42,221 nt of DNA from Verrucomicrobiota bacterium (GCA_027622665.1 JAQBYT010000036.1:1-42221); one strand, 5' to 3'; positions 18,929 through 29,122 are shown, counted from the first letter of the stretch. The notes: generated by a model from the letters alone, not told the origin. Numbers and translations are program-made.

Positions 18929-19330
18929 GTGATGACTGCAAAGAAACGCAGAAAAGTAGAAGTAGAATCTACGGAAGATCTGGTCCGGGTGTTCCGTACC
19001 CTTCCGCATTCCCCGTTTCTAGAGCAATTCAAAGGAAGAGAACCCCGGTCCATGGACGATATACTGGATGTCGCCTTCGAGAAGATGAAACTGGGGAAAG
19101 AGGAAACGGCTGAAGGAGAAATCGCAGCGAATTGGACCAAGGTAGTTGGCCGTGCCTTTGCAGGCAAGTGTGCCCCCGATAGGCTTACGGACGACGGGGT
19201 GCTAATGATTCATGCTTCTGGAGCAGCTGTGCGACAGGAATTGTCTTTTATCAAGCGACAAATTCTCTCCTCCATACAAAAACTTCCTCGTTGCGGTTAT
19301 GTGAGGGATTTGTCTCTTCGGACCACCTAG
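18929..19330 (+). CDS. dciA: DciA / DUF721-family protein
   Basis: I.ANW..VVG..FA..C.P..L...G.L.I.......RQEL.F.K.QIL..I pattern. Confidence 0.75.
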   Translation: MMTAKKRRKVEVESTEDLVRVFRTLPHSPFLEQFKGREPRSMDDILDVAFEKMKLGKEETAEGEIAANWTKVVGRAFAGKCAPDRLTDDGVLMIHASGAAVRQELSFIKRQILSSIQKLPRCGYVRDLSLRTT

Positions 19331-20799
19331 GCGTCGACTGGGTCGACCTCCTCCTCCTGAAGGTAAGTCTTGGACTTGTAGGATTTGGAAACAAAGACAA
19401 AAAGAACTGCAGCAAGGCCCACCAATCCTGTCCAGAACCAAAACTCGGAAGCCCCCGGCAATTTGGAGGAACCGTCTTCATTTAGAATGAAATACTTTAC
19501 CCCCGAGGTGAAAAAATTCCCGAAGGATACTGTAAGGAGAAACAATGAAAGGACGAAGGACTTCATTGCCTTGGGTGCTTGAGTGTAGGAAAACTCCAAA
19601 CCGGTTATTGATATCATAACCTCTGCCGAGGTAAGCAGCAAACAGGCTAAAACCTGCCACCCCATGTGAGGAGTTGCTCCATTATCAACCGCAACTTGTA
19701 CCAAGGCTACAATGGAAAAGGCGAAAGTCATGACAAAGAGACCGATGCTGATTTTACGCAAAGGGTTAAGGGGATAAACCCGTTCAATCAAGGGGTATAT
19801 CCAATAATTGAATACCGGGATCAGTAAGAGGATAAAGAGCGGATTAAAGACTGCCGCAACTTGAGCGGCCAATAATTCGTAACCTCCAAGAACCGGAATC
19901 CAATCCGGAATAATGCGGTCTAGGCTTCGAGCTTGAATTTGCCACGAGGTGCCCAACTGGTCGAATAACGACCAAAATATAATAAAGAAAGAGAAGATTA
20001 TAGATAATCGGCCGACTAACTTCAGACTTTCTCCCGAGAAAACCTGACGGAAATAAGTTGCTCCCATCGGAGGCACATGAGCAAAACGATTTCGGCCCAA
20101 CCAGAAAACGAAAGTGGCCAACGCCATGAGCACCCCCGGTAAACCAAAGGCGTAATGAGGACCAAATATTATTTCCTCTTGAGCCTTTTCCCCTACAAGA
20201 AACTCGACCCATGGATAAACTCGTCCGCCAATCGTCCCGGCGACATTGCGCCCCTCCAGAAGAAAAGGGGTAAGCAGACCGGATGCAAACGCCCCGAAAT
20301 TGATGGAAAAGTAAAACCAGCCGAAGACACGACTCAGTAACCGACCGTTTTTCTTTCCAAATTGGTCACCGACGTGTGCCGACACGCAAGGTTTGATTCC
20401 TCCAGAACCAATCGCGATTAGGAGCAAGCCTACAAAGAGCCATTCTCGAGTGTTTCCCATTACCCCCATACAGGCTAGGCAAAGATGGCCCAGACAATAA
20501 GTCATCGAAAGAGAAATGATGATACGATACTTTCCGAAAAAAGCATCTGACAGAATTCCGCCTATAATTGGGAAGAAATAGGCTGAACCGACGAAGAAAT
20601 GAACCCAAACTGCGGCTTCCTTTTCCGGAAGAATAGCCATCGTTCCGTCAGGGTTCGCGAGATAAACGGTCATATAGGCTAAGAGAACACTCCGCATCCC
20701 GTAGAAGGAAAATCGCTCAGCTGCCTCATTCCCAATTATATACGGGATGCCAGGTGGCATCTTGTCGGTGGCGAGCGGACCTGTCCTGTATGAACTCAT
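19327..20799 (-). CDS. POT/PTR-family proton-dependent oligopeptide MFS transporter
   Basis: NEAAERFSFYGMRS, GSGGIKPCVSAHVGDQF, FYFSINFG, GLEFSYTQAP. Confidence 0.93.
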   Translation of the reverse strand: MSSYRTGPLATDKMPPGIPYIIGNEAAERFSFYGMRSVLLAYMTVYLANPDGTMAILPEKEAAVWVHFFVGSAYFFPIIGGILSDAFFGKYRIIISLSMTYCLGHLCLACMGVMGNTREWLFVGLLLIAIGSGGIKPCVSAHVGDQFGKKNGRLLSRVFGWFYFSINFGAFASGLLTPFLLEGRNVAGTIGGRVYPWVEFLVGEKAQEEIIFGPHYAFGLPGVLMALATFVFWLGRNRFAHVPPMGATYFRQVFSGESLKLVGRLSIIFSFFIIFWSLFDQLGTSWQIQARSLDRIIPDWIPVLGGYELLAAQVAAVFNPLFILLLIPVFNYWIYPLIERVYPLNPLRKISIGLFVMTFAFSIVALVQVAVDNGATPHMGWQVLACLLLTSAEVMISITGLEFSYTQAPKAMKSFVLSLFLLTVSFGNFFTSGVKYFILNEDGSSKLPGASEFWFWTGLVGLAAVLFVFVSKSYKSKTYLQEEEVDPVDA

Positions 20800-20813
20800 A
20801 TTTGGTAGAGCCG

Positions 20814-21098
20814 TCAATTCCGCTCGATGCGATCAAGTTCGCGCCGCCGTTCGGCTTCTTCGCTCAACTCTTCCATCAACCGTTCTCGTTCGGTAGAGCT
20901 TTGAATTTCCATCGTTTCAGGATTCGTTAAATCCTTCTTACTGATATGCCGCCAAACGAAAACATTCACCAAAGCCCCTAGGATAGATAAAACGACAGTC
21001 CATAAAACATCATTTCCTTCATTAAGAATCGAACCAATAGCAATGCCTGAAAAAATGGCGCAATTTATCGCAACTAAACTTGCAGGTGAAAACAACAT
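20814..21098 (-). CDS. Small hypothetical membrane protein (2 TM + charged tail)
   Basis: 94-aa ORF directly upstream of the POT gene, two hydrophobic segments. Confidence 0.6.
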   Translation of the reverse strand: MLFSPASLVAINCAIFSGIAIGSILNEGNDVLWTVVLSILGALVNVFVWRHISKKDLTNPETMEIQSSTERERLMEELSEEAERRRELDRIERN

Positions 21099-21233
21099 AG
21101 AAGAAAACCTTTCATGCCGAGCAAGTGCACTTTCGTCAAGGCATTCGCCTGAGCCAAAAGGGGATTGCCTGTCAGGATACCTTAGAGTAAAGGCACTTGC
21201 ATTGAGGGTAAGCTTGTTCAGAATGTTGGTATT

Positions 21234-21992
21234 GTGAAAAATAAGTACTTCATCGTTTTACTTCCAGTTCTGCTTCTGTGGGGGTGCGATAATGGTTCAA
21301 CGGATCCTGAACAACCAAATGATTCCTCGGATGCGAATGTTTCCCATGCTCCTGAAGTAGCCGAACCGGCTGTCGTGGTATCACCTGAATCACCTCTCTC
21401 ACCGAATACATCCTCACCCGTGCCCCCGATGCAACCTCCGCCCACGGTTCCCGTTGCCCCGAAAGGACCCCAGCCCCCTGCCTTTAGCAAGGAATTGCTA
21501 GCTAGCGTGAAAAATTGGACAGCAGTGCCACCTTCCGTATTCCCATTATCCGGCGTAACTTTAAAGCAACCGTTGAACTTTGAAATAAAGACGCCATCCG
21601 GTCAAGTAATTGGGAGATTCCCGCGTGCCGCCGGCGAGGAGGTAGTCGCGTTGGCGTTGGTAGGGAACCAACTCCATGTTTCTCCTGCAAAAACTTCAAA
21701 ACAACGAAATGTTCTGTCGGTTGATGAGACTGACTTCAAAACCTGCGTTGCCTATCTTTTTGAAGTGAGAAAGAGGCAGCATAAAGCCCACGATGTAGAA
21801 TTAGCCCAAAGGAAAGAACGCAAAACCAGCCAAGCTCTTTCGAATTCTGTCGTGAGCGCAAACCCATCCTCTAGGGAACCTCATGAACGCGGAACTTTTT
21901 TTGAGGATATCCCTCCGCCTATGGATTTCGGTCACGGCAAATTTTGCATTTGCGGGGACTGCCGGAAAAAACGCAAGAACGCCCAAAAATAA
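21234..21992 (+). CDS. Hypothetical lipoprotein with Pro-rich linker and C-terminal His/Cys motif
   Basis: Signal peptide with lipobox LWGC; Pro-rich stretch; C-terminal HGKFCICGDC. Confidence 0.75.
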   Translation: MKNKYFIVLLPVLLLWGCDNGSTDPEQPNDSSDANVSHAPEVAEPAVVVSPESPLSPNTSSPVPPMQPPPTVPVAPKGPQPPAFSKELLASVKNWTAVPPSVFPLSGVTLKQPLNFEIKTPSGQVIGRFPRAAGEEVVALALVGNQLHVSPAKTSKQRNVLSVDETDFKTCVAYLFEVRKRQHKAHDVELAQRKERKTSQALSNSVVSANPSSREPHERGTFFEDIPPPMDFGHGKFCICGDCRKKRKNAQK

Positions 21993-22067
21993 TATCTTTC
22001 TATACATCCTGTGGATTACGAAAGTAAATACTTTTGTTAATATTCAACCATCAACCACCTGATAAAC

Positions 22068-22652
22068 ATGGCAGCTCCTCAACAGAAAAAGAAAAAGAAG
22101 AAAGATTTAGAAATCGGAGATTTCGTTCGAGAAACGGTTTCAGTTAAAGGCAAGAAACGTTGTGGCGAAATTCTAATGATCCTTCAGGACGATCCCGCTG
22201 ATCCTACAATGGAGTGCGTGGAAGTACACCCTGATGAACTAACTCCCTTGGAAAAAGGTTCGGATGGTATGCGCTCTTTTAAAACTAAGAAATCTCGCGT
22301 AAAGCATTATACTCCTCGGAGGCAGTTGTTTAAAAAGAAAACCTTTGAAAAAGGAGTAGTAATCAGACACAAGCGAGGTACCACTATTCGTTATGGAATG
22401 ATCGTGTGCTTTGTTCATCCGGAGGGGTTGTATTCGACCTCGCACGATGAAGGTTACAACGGCAAGGACTTACTTGAATGTGTAGAAATCTCATCCAAAC
22501 CCGGATTGTTACAGGTGATGCAACCTGATGGAGAACCCAAGCGCTTTCAAGCTCAAGGCAAGGATTGTAAGATCATGAACGTCATCACCGTTGATTCAAA
22601 GGGGGAAGACACGACCATGCATCGATTGGACATTCCTGATGAAGAAGAATAA
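22068..22652 (+). CDS. Hypothetical basic protein with two internally duplicated small beta domains
   Basis: 194-aa ORF with poly-Lys N-terminus; both halves share R.G.I...ECVE....L......G....F. Confidence 0.75.
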   Translation: MAAPQQKKKKKKDLEIGDFVRETVSVKGKKRCGEILMILQDDPADPTMECVEVHPDELTPLEKGSDGMRSFKTKKSRVKHYTPRRQLFKKKTFEKGVVIRHKRGTTIRYGMIVCFVHPEGLYSTSHDEGYNGKDLLECVEISSKPGLLQVMQPDGEPKRFQAQGKDCKIMNVITVDSKGEDTTMHRLDIPDEEE

Positions 22653-22677
22653 TCAGTGGTAAGACTTTGGGGCTAAA

Positions 22678-22917
22678 TTATTGAATAGTTCCGAAGAAAC
22701 CGTCGAGGTCTTCTTTACAAACACGGACAATTCTGCTCCCTTTCGTCTTGAAAGCCGGGACTTTCCTGCGAAGTCTGCTGCCGTCTGCCGACTCCAAGGA
22801 AATCACGACCGTTTGACCGCTCCAGCGGGTCATGCACCACTTCACCTTGTAGGCATGAAGCAGATAACCGATTGCTTCGGCTCGATTTAGGTAGCAAACA
22901 CCATCAATTTTTTTCAA
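22678..22917 (-). CDS. Small putative DNA-binding protein, excisionase/HTH_17-like
   Basis: YLN..EA..YL at the N-terminus and VPAFK..G...RV..EDLD.F at the C-terminus; TTG start. Confidence 0.55.
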   Translation of the reverse strand: MKKIDGVCYLNRAEAIGYLLHAYKVKWCMTRWSGQTVVISLESADGSRLRRKVPAFKTKGSRIVRVCKEDLDGFFGTIQ

Positions 22918-22972
22918 GAGATAGAACGAGTTCCAAGCGACATACTTATTGTTAGCAGTTCATTTACAAAGC

Positions 22973-23008
22973 AAAAAATAGCGCCGCAGGAGTTAACCCG
23001 CGGCGCTA
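22973..23008 (-). terminator. Rho-independent terminator of the 23041-23475 gene
   Basis: Stem TAGCGCCGC / GCGGCGCTA followed on the minus strand by T6. Confidence 0.8.
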
Positions 23009-23040
23009 AATAAGAACACAAGTTTTCTTGCTAAGAATAG

Positions 23041-23475
23041 TCAACTCTGAGGGTTGTCGTATTCACCCTTCTTGACTTTCATGGCAGTGGAAATTGAAAC
23101 ACCTGCCGAGTCGGCTGAAGTTTGCAGCGTCTTTCCCGAGGCGAGGTCATTCTTGATTTGCTGAACCGCTTCGGGAGTCACTTTCCCTCGACGGCCCGTA
23201 ATTCCGAAGCGAGCAAAAAGATTGGAACGTGCGATGGGCGCAATCCCTCGAATATAACATTCAAGATAGTCTCCAACTCCTCTGAAGGCATTGGAACCGT
23301 CTTCATTCTTGTGCCTCTTGTGATCGTTTTCGATTAGCGAAAAGAGCCTGCCTCGTTGTTCCGATGCGGTTTTTTTATTAGCAATCTCGGCATCAAGTTT
23401 TTTAAGCTCCTTAGCTGCTTTCTTTTTTAGGATTTCGAGTTCTTTGATAGTTAGATTTTGAGTTTCGGTAGCCAT
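23041..23475 (-). CDS. Coiled-coil + C-terminal HTH DNA-binding protein (candidate nucleoid-associated protein)
   Basis: N-terminal Lys/Glu heptads; C-terminal RRGKVTPE....IK..L..GKT....A...GVS.ST..KVK HTH; start taken at MATETQ. Confidence 0.75.
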   Translation of the reverse strand: MATETQNLTIKELEILKKKAAKELKKLDAEIANKKTASEQRGRLFSLIENDHKRHKNEDGSNAFRGVGDYLECYIRGIAPIARSNLFARFGITGRRGKVTPEAVQQIKNDLASGKTLQTSADSAGVSISTAMKVKKGEYDNPQS

Positions 23476-23580
23476 AATATAAGAATATTTTTTAGATGAT
23501 ATATGGTAAGACAATTTACAATAAAATATAGAACAAGAGATGACCCAAATTTCAAATAAAAAATATTAGAAAGGTTATTA

Positions 23581-25119
23581 TTAAACAAATAAAGACCTAT
23601 CGAGATTCCTGTATTGTATAGCTTCTAGCAAATGTGGCATTTGAATCATACTGGATTTAGACAAATCGGCTATGGTGCGAGAAACTTTTAATATTCTATC
23701 ATAAGCCCGAGCCGAAAGTGAAAGTTCCTCCATGGCTTTTCTGAGTAATTTTGATTCATCTTCGCCTACGCGGCAGTATTCACGAATCAGACGCGAGGAC
23801 ATTCCCGCGTTACAGGTGGTTCCCGAATTCGTAAAACGTTCAACCTGTATTCTACGACATGGTTCTACCCTTTGCCTTACTGTTTCTGAGCTTTCTCCCA
23901 GAGATCGTTCCTGCAATTCTTCGATGCGGACTGCAGGAGCTTCTACGTGAATATCGATTCGATCCAGAAGCGGTCCACTCACTCGTGCCCGATATTTCTG
24001 AATCTGGGGAGTGGAACAACGACATTCGCGAGAAGGGTCACCCAAATATCCGCAAGGGCACGGATTCATTGCGGCAACAAGCATGAAACGGCTTGGAAGA
24101 GTTATTTTTCCCGCACTTCTGGAGATAGTCACTTGACCGTCTTCCAAAGGTTGCCGTAGGACTTCCAAGGCTGAGCGCTTGAATTCAGGTAATTCGTCAA
24201 GGAAAAGGACGCCATTGTGGGCCAAGGAAATTTCCCCGGGACCGGGGATGACTCCTCCGCCCAGTAAGCCCACGTCGCTAATGGTATGGTGAGGGGAGCG
24301 AAAAGGTCTAGCAAAGGAACGATTATCTCCCGAACATGTTCTGCCCGCGGCTGAATGGACTCCTAGAATTTCAAGGTACTCGGTTTTAGATGGGGCGGGC
24401 AGAATAGTTGGAATACGTTTTGAGACCATGGACTTGCCCGAACCTGGCGGACCCATCATAAGCAAGTTGTGGCCCCCGGCTACAGCCACCTCGACCGCTC
24501 GTCGTAGATTCGCCTGCCCCTTGACTTCAGAAAAGTCTACCGCTTCATCTCCCCGGGGTTCCTTTAAATAGGGGCTGCGGGATGCATCTAACGGGACTAG
24601 TTCCATTTGCCCGGACAAAAAGCGAATTGCTTCGGTTAGGGATTCCACGGCGTACACTTTCGATGATTCCACAAGGCAAGCCTCCTCGGCGGATTCTAGG
24701 GGGAGAATAACGCCCTTGAGACCCATCTCTGCGGCAAGCATGGTCATGGACAAGCCGCCTCTGACTGGACGAGTCTGGCCAGACAAGGCTAATTCGCCTG
24801 CAACTAGGTAGTCCTGTAGCATCTCACTTTTCAGTTGTCCGGTCGCGGCAAGTATTCCCAAGGCAATAGGCAAATCAAAGGCAACGCCTTCTTTGCGCAA
24901 ATCTCCAGGGGCCAAATTGATGGTGACATGGGTACGTGGTTTTGCGAATCCTGCATTCGAAAGAGCGGATAAGATCCGATCCAGAGATTCCTTTACCGCT
25001 GCATCAGCCAACCCGACTAAGGCATACTTTACATCACCCTTTTCACCTGCATTTACCTCTACTGTAACGGGCAACGCTTTGTCGCCCAATAGAGTTGCTG
25101 AATGGGTGACGGCCAACAT
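23581..25119 (-). CDS. comM: YifB/ComM-family Mg-chelatase-like AAA+ ATPase
   Basis: [97 protein letters not shown]. Confidence 0.95.
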   Translation of the reverse strand: MLAVTHSATLLGDKALPVTVEVNAGEKGDVKYALVGLADAAVKESLDRILSALSNAGFAKPRTHVTINLAPGDLRKEGVAFDLPIALGILAATGQLKSEMLQDYLVAGELALSGQTRPVRGGLSMTMLAAEMGLKGVILPLESAEEACLVESSKVYAVESLTEAIRFLSGQMELVPLDASRSPYLKEPRGDEAVDFSEVKGQANLRRAVEVAVAGGHNLLMMGPPGSGKSMVSKRIPTILPAPSKTEYLEILGVHSAAGRTCSGDNRSFARPFRSPHHTISDVGLLGGGVIPGPGEISLAHNGVLFLDELPEFKRSALEVLRQPLEDGQVTISRSAGKITLPSRFMLVAAMNPCPCGYLGDPSRECRCSTPQIQKYRARVSGPLLDRIDIHVEAPAVRIEELQERSLGESSETVRQRVEPCRRIQVERFTNSGTTCNAGMSSRLIREYCRVGEDESKLLRKAMEELSLSARAYDRILKVSRTIADLSKSSMIQMPHLLEAIQYRNLDRSLFV

Positions 25120-25204
25120 TTTCAGTTCAAAGAGTGTATCGTAACCTAAAGGTCATTCTGAATACAGAGAGGTAAACGAAGAGGCATGCAAGCCGGAAAA
25201 GCCT

Positions 25205-25780
25205 TTAACCGGCCGTTCTGTTGTTTACCAGTTTTGTGAAAGCTCTTAAATGGGGATGGCTGGCCGCCCCTAATATTCCATAAAAAACAGATTCGACTGG
25301 CAAAAGATGGCAGCCTGCCGCAGCAAGTTTTCTCAGCACCCATTCGCCATCGGAAGGGCGTCTGCAGGATACGCAGTCAGTAAGAATCGTTACTTCTAGG
25401 TCTGCGGAAAGTGCCTCCAACGCTGTTAGGTATACACATATCGGGGTCTCGACACCTGCCAGAAGTAAGTGCTCTATTCCATTATTGGCAAAAGCATCCA
25501 GAAGTCCATTTGCTCCAAGAGCGGAAAAGGTTTCTTTCTCGAAAACCGGAGCCGTTGGAGCAAGCGAAAGAAAGTCATCTGCAGTGTGCCCCAACTTTTC
25601 CGGAACCTGTTCGGTAAAGAAAAGTGGTATTTGAAACAGGTTGAGCGATTCGATCAGAAATCGGCAATTGAAAGAAAAATTCTCAGTTTCGTGTACTAGG
25701 TCTAGAAAAACAGGTTGTAAATCGATGACCAAGCCAGCCAGTCCAAGGGGCATATCTGTTTGACTATGTTCTTTGGGCAT
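25205..25780 (-). CDS. Isochorismatase-family cysteine hydrolase
   Basis: VIDLQ, TEQ.PEKLG, EKETFSA, AGVETPICV; start uncertain (25780 or 25753). Confidence 0.88.
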   Translation of the reverse strand: MPKEHSQTDMPLGLAGLVIDLQPVFLDLVHETENFSFNCRFLIESLNLFQIPLFFTEQVPEKLGHTADDFLSLAPTAPVFEKETFSALGANGLLDAFANNGIEHLLLAGVETPICVYLTALEALSADLEVTILTDCVSCRRPSDGEWVLRKLAAAGCHLLPVESVFYGILGAASHPHLRAFTKLVNNRTAG

Positions 25781-25871
25781 TTTGTTTGATTTGTTATAAT
25801 GTGTGGGCATACTTGCAAAAGTGAGTAGAAAGGCAATACTCAGATGCTATAATAAAACTTGCGAAAGTGAA

Positions 25872-26390
25872 ATGGACATGGGTGGAAAAGTGGAGAATGG
25901 GAATTTGGTGAATCGTCGCCAAGCGTTGTCAGGTCTTAGCGTTATGGCATTGGCTGCAATTACATCTTGTCGAGAAAAAGGACCTGATGTTGGCCAAATT
26001 ACCATGCGCCCACGTTTTGTAATTGAGGATCAACCCACCGTTCCAGTGCTTCTTGAATTTGACGTAATTGGCGTAAACCTTGGTACGGTCGACAACATTT
26101 TCTCTCCTGAACCAGAGGATCGTTCCTACGCTCTCTGGTTCGCATTTAACCGCCAGGCTTCGATCCTCTTGCACACTTTATCGGTAAAGCATTTCGGAAA
26201 GAACCTCATCCTCGGAATCAACGGTCAACGGATGGGGGTGCACCCCATAGACAACGCAATATCCAACGGAGTTCTACCTGTCTTGTTGAATTCCGTTAAA
26301 ACCGAGGAACAGGCTCTCTACTTGTATAATGAATTGTCTCGGTCGATCGTTGCCATTCAGTATCTCCTCGCAAAAGAGGAAAACAAATAA
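25872..26390 (+). CDS. Putative (Tat-)lipoprotein with SecDF head-like domain
   Basis: NRRQAL-hydrophobic-ITSC signal; C-terminal F......L..LS....GK.L.L.ING......I...I.NG pattern. Confidence 0.6.
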   Translation: MDMGGKVENGNLVNRRQALSGLSVMALAAITSCREKGPDVGQITMRPRFVIEDQPTVPVLLEFDVIGVNLGTVDNIFSPEPEDRSYALWFAFNRQASILLHTLSVKHFGKNLILGINGQRMGVHPIDNAISNGVLPVLLNSVKTEEQALYLYNELSRSIVAIQYLLAKEENK

Positions 26391-26433
26391 CCTGCTAGCT
26401 ATTAATCTGAATCTCAGAAACGTCCTCCCGGAT

Positions 26434-27447
26434 ATGGCTTTGCTTTCGGTTGGCGCAATGCTCTTTCTCTCTTGCATCTCCCAAACGGTTTTGGGTGCTG
26501 ATTTTGCACTGTCATGGCCAACGCCCAATCCGGCTTTCAGGCAAGGGTTGCAAATTGCCAAATTCCTACAAAAGACGGGTCCTGAAAACCCCGTGTCCTC
26601 TGGTGCCTACGGATGTGTTCGGAACAATGGGTACAAATTCCATGAAGGATTGGATCTTTTCCCTATGAAAAGAGATGCGCGGGGGCGTGCAGACGATATT
26701 GTATTTGCCGCCATGGATGGGATCGTCAGGCATGCGAGCCGAACGAGCACTCATAGCAGTTATGGGAAATATATAATTCTCGAACACCCGGGAGTGCCGC
26801 CCGCCTTGTATTCTCTCTATGCCCACCTTGCCGAAATAGACCCACATCTCAAACCCGGTGTTACGGTTCGAGTAGCTTCGCGGCTCGGGATGATGGGCAA
26901 CACGTCTTCCTATAAAATCCCTCTGGGTCGCTCTCACTTGCATTTCGAAGTAGGTCTGCGATTATCCGACCACTTCCAAGCATGGTATGCCAAGCGTTCC
27001 TTCAAGACTCCCAACCGCCACGGCAATTTCAGCGGATTTAATCTCGTAGGACTAGACCCCCTTTCTTTTTACGAGTCATACAAAAGCAAATCGATTGCGA
27101 CGCCCCTCTCCTTTATTCAGTCTCTTCCAGTCGTGGCAAAGGTTCGAGTCCGAAGTTCGGGAATTCCCGATTTCGTCAAACGATACCCTTCGCTCTCAAG
27201 ACAACTGAAGCCGGGCGAATCCCCAAAGGCATGGGATGCTTATTTTGCCGCACATGGATTTCCGGTTCGCATAGAACCGGCTTCGGGAGAACCGCCAAAG
27301 GGGAAATCACCCTACCGTATTCTAAGTTATGATGAGGCCGCCGACTCGGCATCTCGAAAGTGCAGAGGCATCATCATCCACAACGGGAAGCAATTGGCTC
27401 CTTCCGATCAGTTGACGTCTTACTTGGAGCTTATATTCAATCCGTGA
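26434..27447 (+). CDS. M23-family metallopeptidase
   Basis: HEGLD (HxxxD), YGKYIILEH, SLYAHL, GMMGNT, HLHFEV; N-terminal signal peptide. Confidence 0.9.
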   Translation: MALLSVGAMLFLSCISQTVLGADFALSWPTPNPAFRQGLQIAKFLQKTGPENPVSSGAYGCVRNNGYKFHEGLDLFPMKRDARGRADDIVFAAMDGIVRHASRTSTHSSYGKYIILEHPGVPPALYSLYAHLAEIDPHLKPGVTVRVASRLGMMGNTSSYKIPLGRSHLHFEVGLRLSDHFQAWYAKRSFKTPNRHGNFSGFNLVGLDPLSFYESYKSKSIATPLSFIQSLPVVAKVRVRSSGIPDFVKRYPSLSRQLKPGESPKAWDAYFAAHGFPVRIEPASGEPPKGKSPYRILSYDEAADSASRKCRGIIIHNGKQLAPSDQLTSYLELIFNP

Positions 27448-28532
27448 ATGAGCCCACGCTCGGTTGCTTCATCACATCACACGGTTTCGGTCATGCATCA
27501 CGCTCCCTTGCAGTCCTTGCGGAACTGCAAGCGTTGGTTCCAGCTCTACGATTCGAGGTTTTTACCCAAACTCCATACTGGTTTCTTGCGGAAAACCTCG
27601 ATCCCGCCTGCTTCACTCACCATGACGTCAACGTAGACGTAGGACTCGTCCAAAAAAATCCCTTTCAGCACGACCTGCCTGCAACGCTTGATCAGCTGAA
27701 CGACTTTCTACCCCTCTCGAAACCTACTATCGAGCAATTGGTCAACACCTTGCGGCCAAGAGCTTGTAGGGCGATTCTCTGCGATATCTCAGCACTTGGC
27801 ATCGCCGTAGCTAATGCAATTGGCGTGCCCTCGATCCTGTTGGAGAATTTTACTTGGGACTGGATGTACGAGGAATACCTCGACGAAATGCCTTCTTTCT
27901 CGGTTCCTATAGAAAATCTTCGATCTGTCTACGCTCAAGCGAACCTCCATTTGCAAACGGAACCTGTGTGCAATCCGATTGCCGGAGTTCTTTCCGTTCC
28001 TCCAATCTCAAGACGGTTCCGAGTGTCTCGAGAGAGAACTCGATCCAGTCTTGATGTTTTGCCTGAGGAACACCTCGTTCTACTCACGACCGGAGGCATT
28101 CGAGGTTCATACGATATGCTCGACCGGCTGCGAGAGCGATCCGAGGTTCGCTTCCTGCTGTCAGGCTCATCGGAGACCTTGCGACGCGAAGCCAACCTTA
28201 TTCACCTGCCTCATCGATCGGGCCACCATCACCCGGATCTGGTTCGGGCCTCCGATGCACTCGTCGGCAAAGCCGGTTATGGTACAGTAGCCGAAGCCCG
28301 AGCCTCGGGTATCTCTTTCGCCCGTGTTCTCCGCGACAACTTTCGGGAATCCCCGGTCCTTGGTGCCTATTTAGATAAGCACATATCCGGATTCACACTA
28401 TCGGACAGCCAGTTCAATTGTGGTTCTTGGATCGATCGTTTGGATGAACTTCTGTCCCAGCCTCGCAATAATAATGGGACCGACAACGGAGCGTCCTTGG
28501 CTGCAGCGCACATTGTTCCCTTCCTCGGGTAG
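27444..28532 (+). CDS. GT-B glycosyltransferase resembling the N-terminal domain of L-arabinokinase
   Basis: ITSHGFGHASR, DVGLVQ, NFTWDW.Y, DL..ASDALVGKAGYGTVAE, R..F.E; GTG start overlaps the M23 stop (GTGA). Confidence 0.8.
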   Translation: MNEPTLGCFITSHGFGHASRSLAVLAELQALVPALRFEVFTQTPYWFLAENLDPACFTHHDVNVDVGLVQKNPFQHDLPATLDQLNDFLPLSKPTIEQLVNTLRPRACRAILCDISALGIAVANAIGVPSILLENFTWDWMYEEYLDEMPSFSVPIENLRSVYAQANLHLQTEPVCNPIAGVLSVPPISRRFRVSRERTRSSLDVLPEEHLVLLTTGGIRGSYDMLDRLRERSEVRFLLSGSSETLRREANLIHLPHRSGHHHPDLVRASDALVGKAGYGTVAEARASGISFARVLRDNFRESPVLGAYLDKHISGFTLSDSQFNCGSWIDRLDELLSQPRNNNGTDNGASLAAAHIVPFLG

Positions 28533-28713
28533 TCCTGTTTGGATAAAATTACTCTTCGACAGGTAAAAATAGATCATCTTCCTCCATTGCGGAAAAACCC
28601 TTTTCATGATAGAAAAAAGTTGCTCTCATCAGAATCGCCGCTCAAATTTGGGTTTCATTCTCGAAATAGCTCTTCTCAGGAGCCTGAAGTAAAAATCAAC
28701 CCATCCATTAATC

Positions 28714-29097
28714 ATGAAAAAAATTCTGACTCTGCTTATCTCAACTCTCTTCGCTACCGCCATTTTCGCCGGAGAATATCCCGACGTTAGCATTAAAGAC
28801 CTTCAGAGCGCCATAAAGGCCGGCAAGGTTGTAGTAATTGACGTCAATGGGGCAACATCCTATAAAAAGGGTCATATCCCCACTGCTATCGAGTTCAGCT
28901 CCAACGGTAAGGATTTGGCTAAACTTCTGCCAAAGGACAAAAACACCTTGGTGGTAGCTTATTGCGGTGGCCCAGGATGCAACGCTTACAAGCGCGGCGC
29001 GGCTGCGGCTGAAAAGCTAGGCTATAAGAACATCAAGCATCTTTCCGCAGGTATTTCCGGTTGGAAGAAAGCCGGTGGCGATCTGGCCAAGAAGTAA
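28714..29097 (+). CDS. Secreted rhodanese-like domain protein
   Basis: Signal peptide; VIDV, GHIPTA, VAYCGGPGC, LGYKNI.HL.AGI.GW. Confidence 0.92.
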   Translation: MKKILTLLISTLFATAIFAGEYPDVSIKDLQSAIKAGKVVVIDVNGATSYKKGHIPTAIEFSSNGKDLAKLLPKDKNTLVVAYCGGPGCNAYKRGAAAAEKLGYKNIKHLSAGISGWKKAGGDLAKK

Positions 29098-29122
29098 GCG
29101 CTTAGCTTAACATCTTTAATAG

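Noticed and set aside
19327..19330. Convergent dciA and POT genes sharing CTAG stop codons
   Set aside because: A common 4-nt tail-to-tail overlap in compact genomes
21990..25119. Mobile island inserted in comM
   Set aside because: comM is intact; no integrase, transposase or flanking direct repeats were seen
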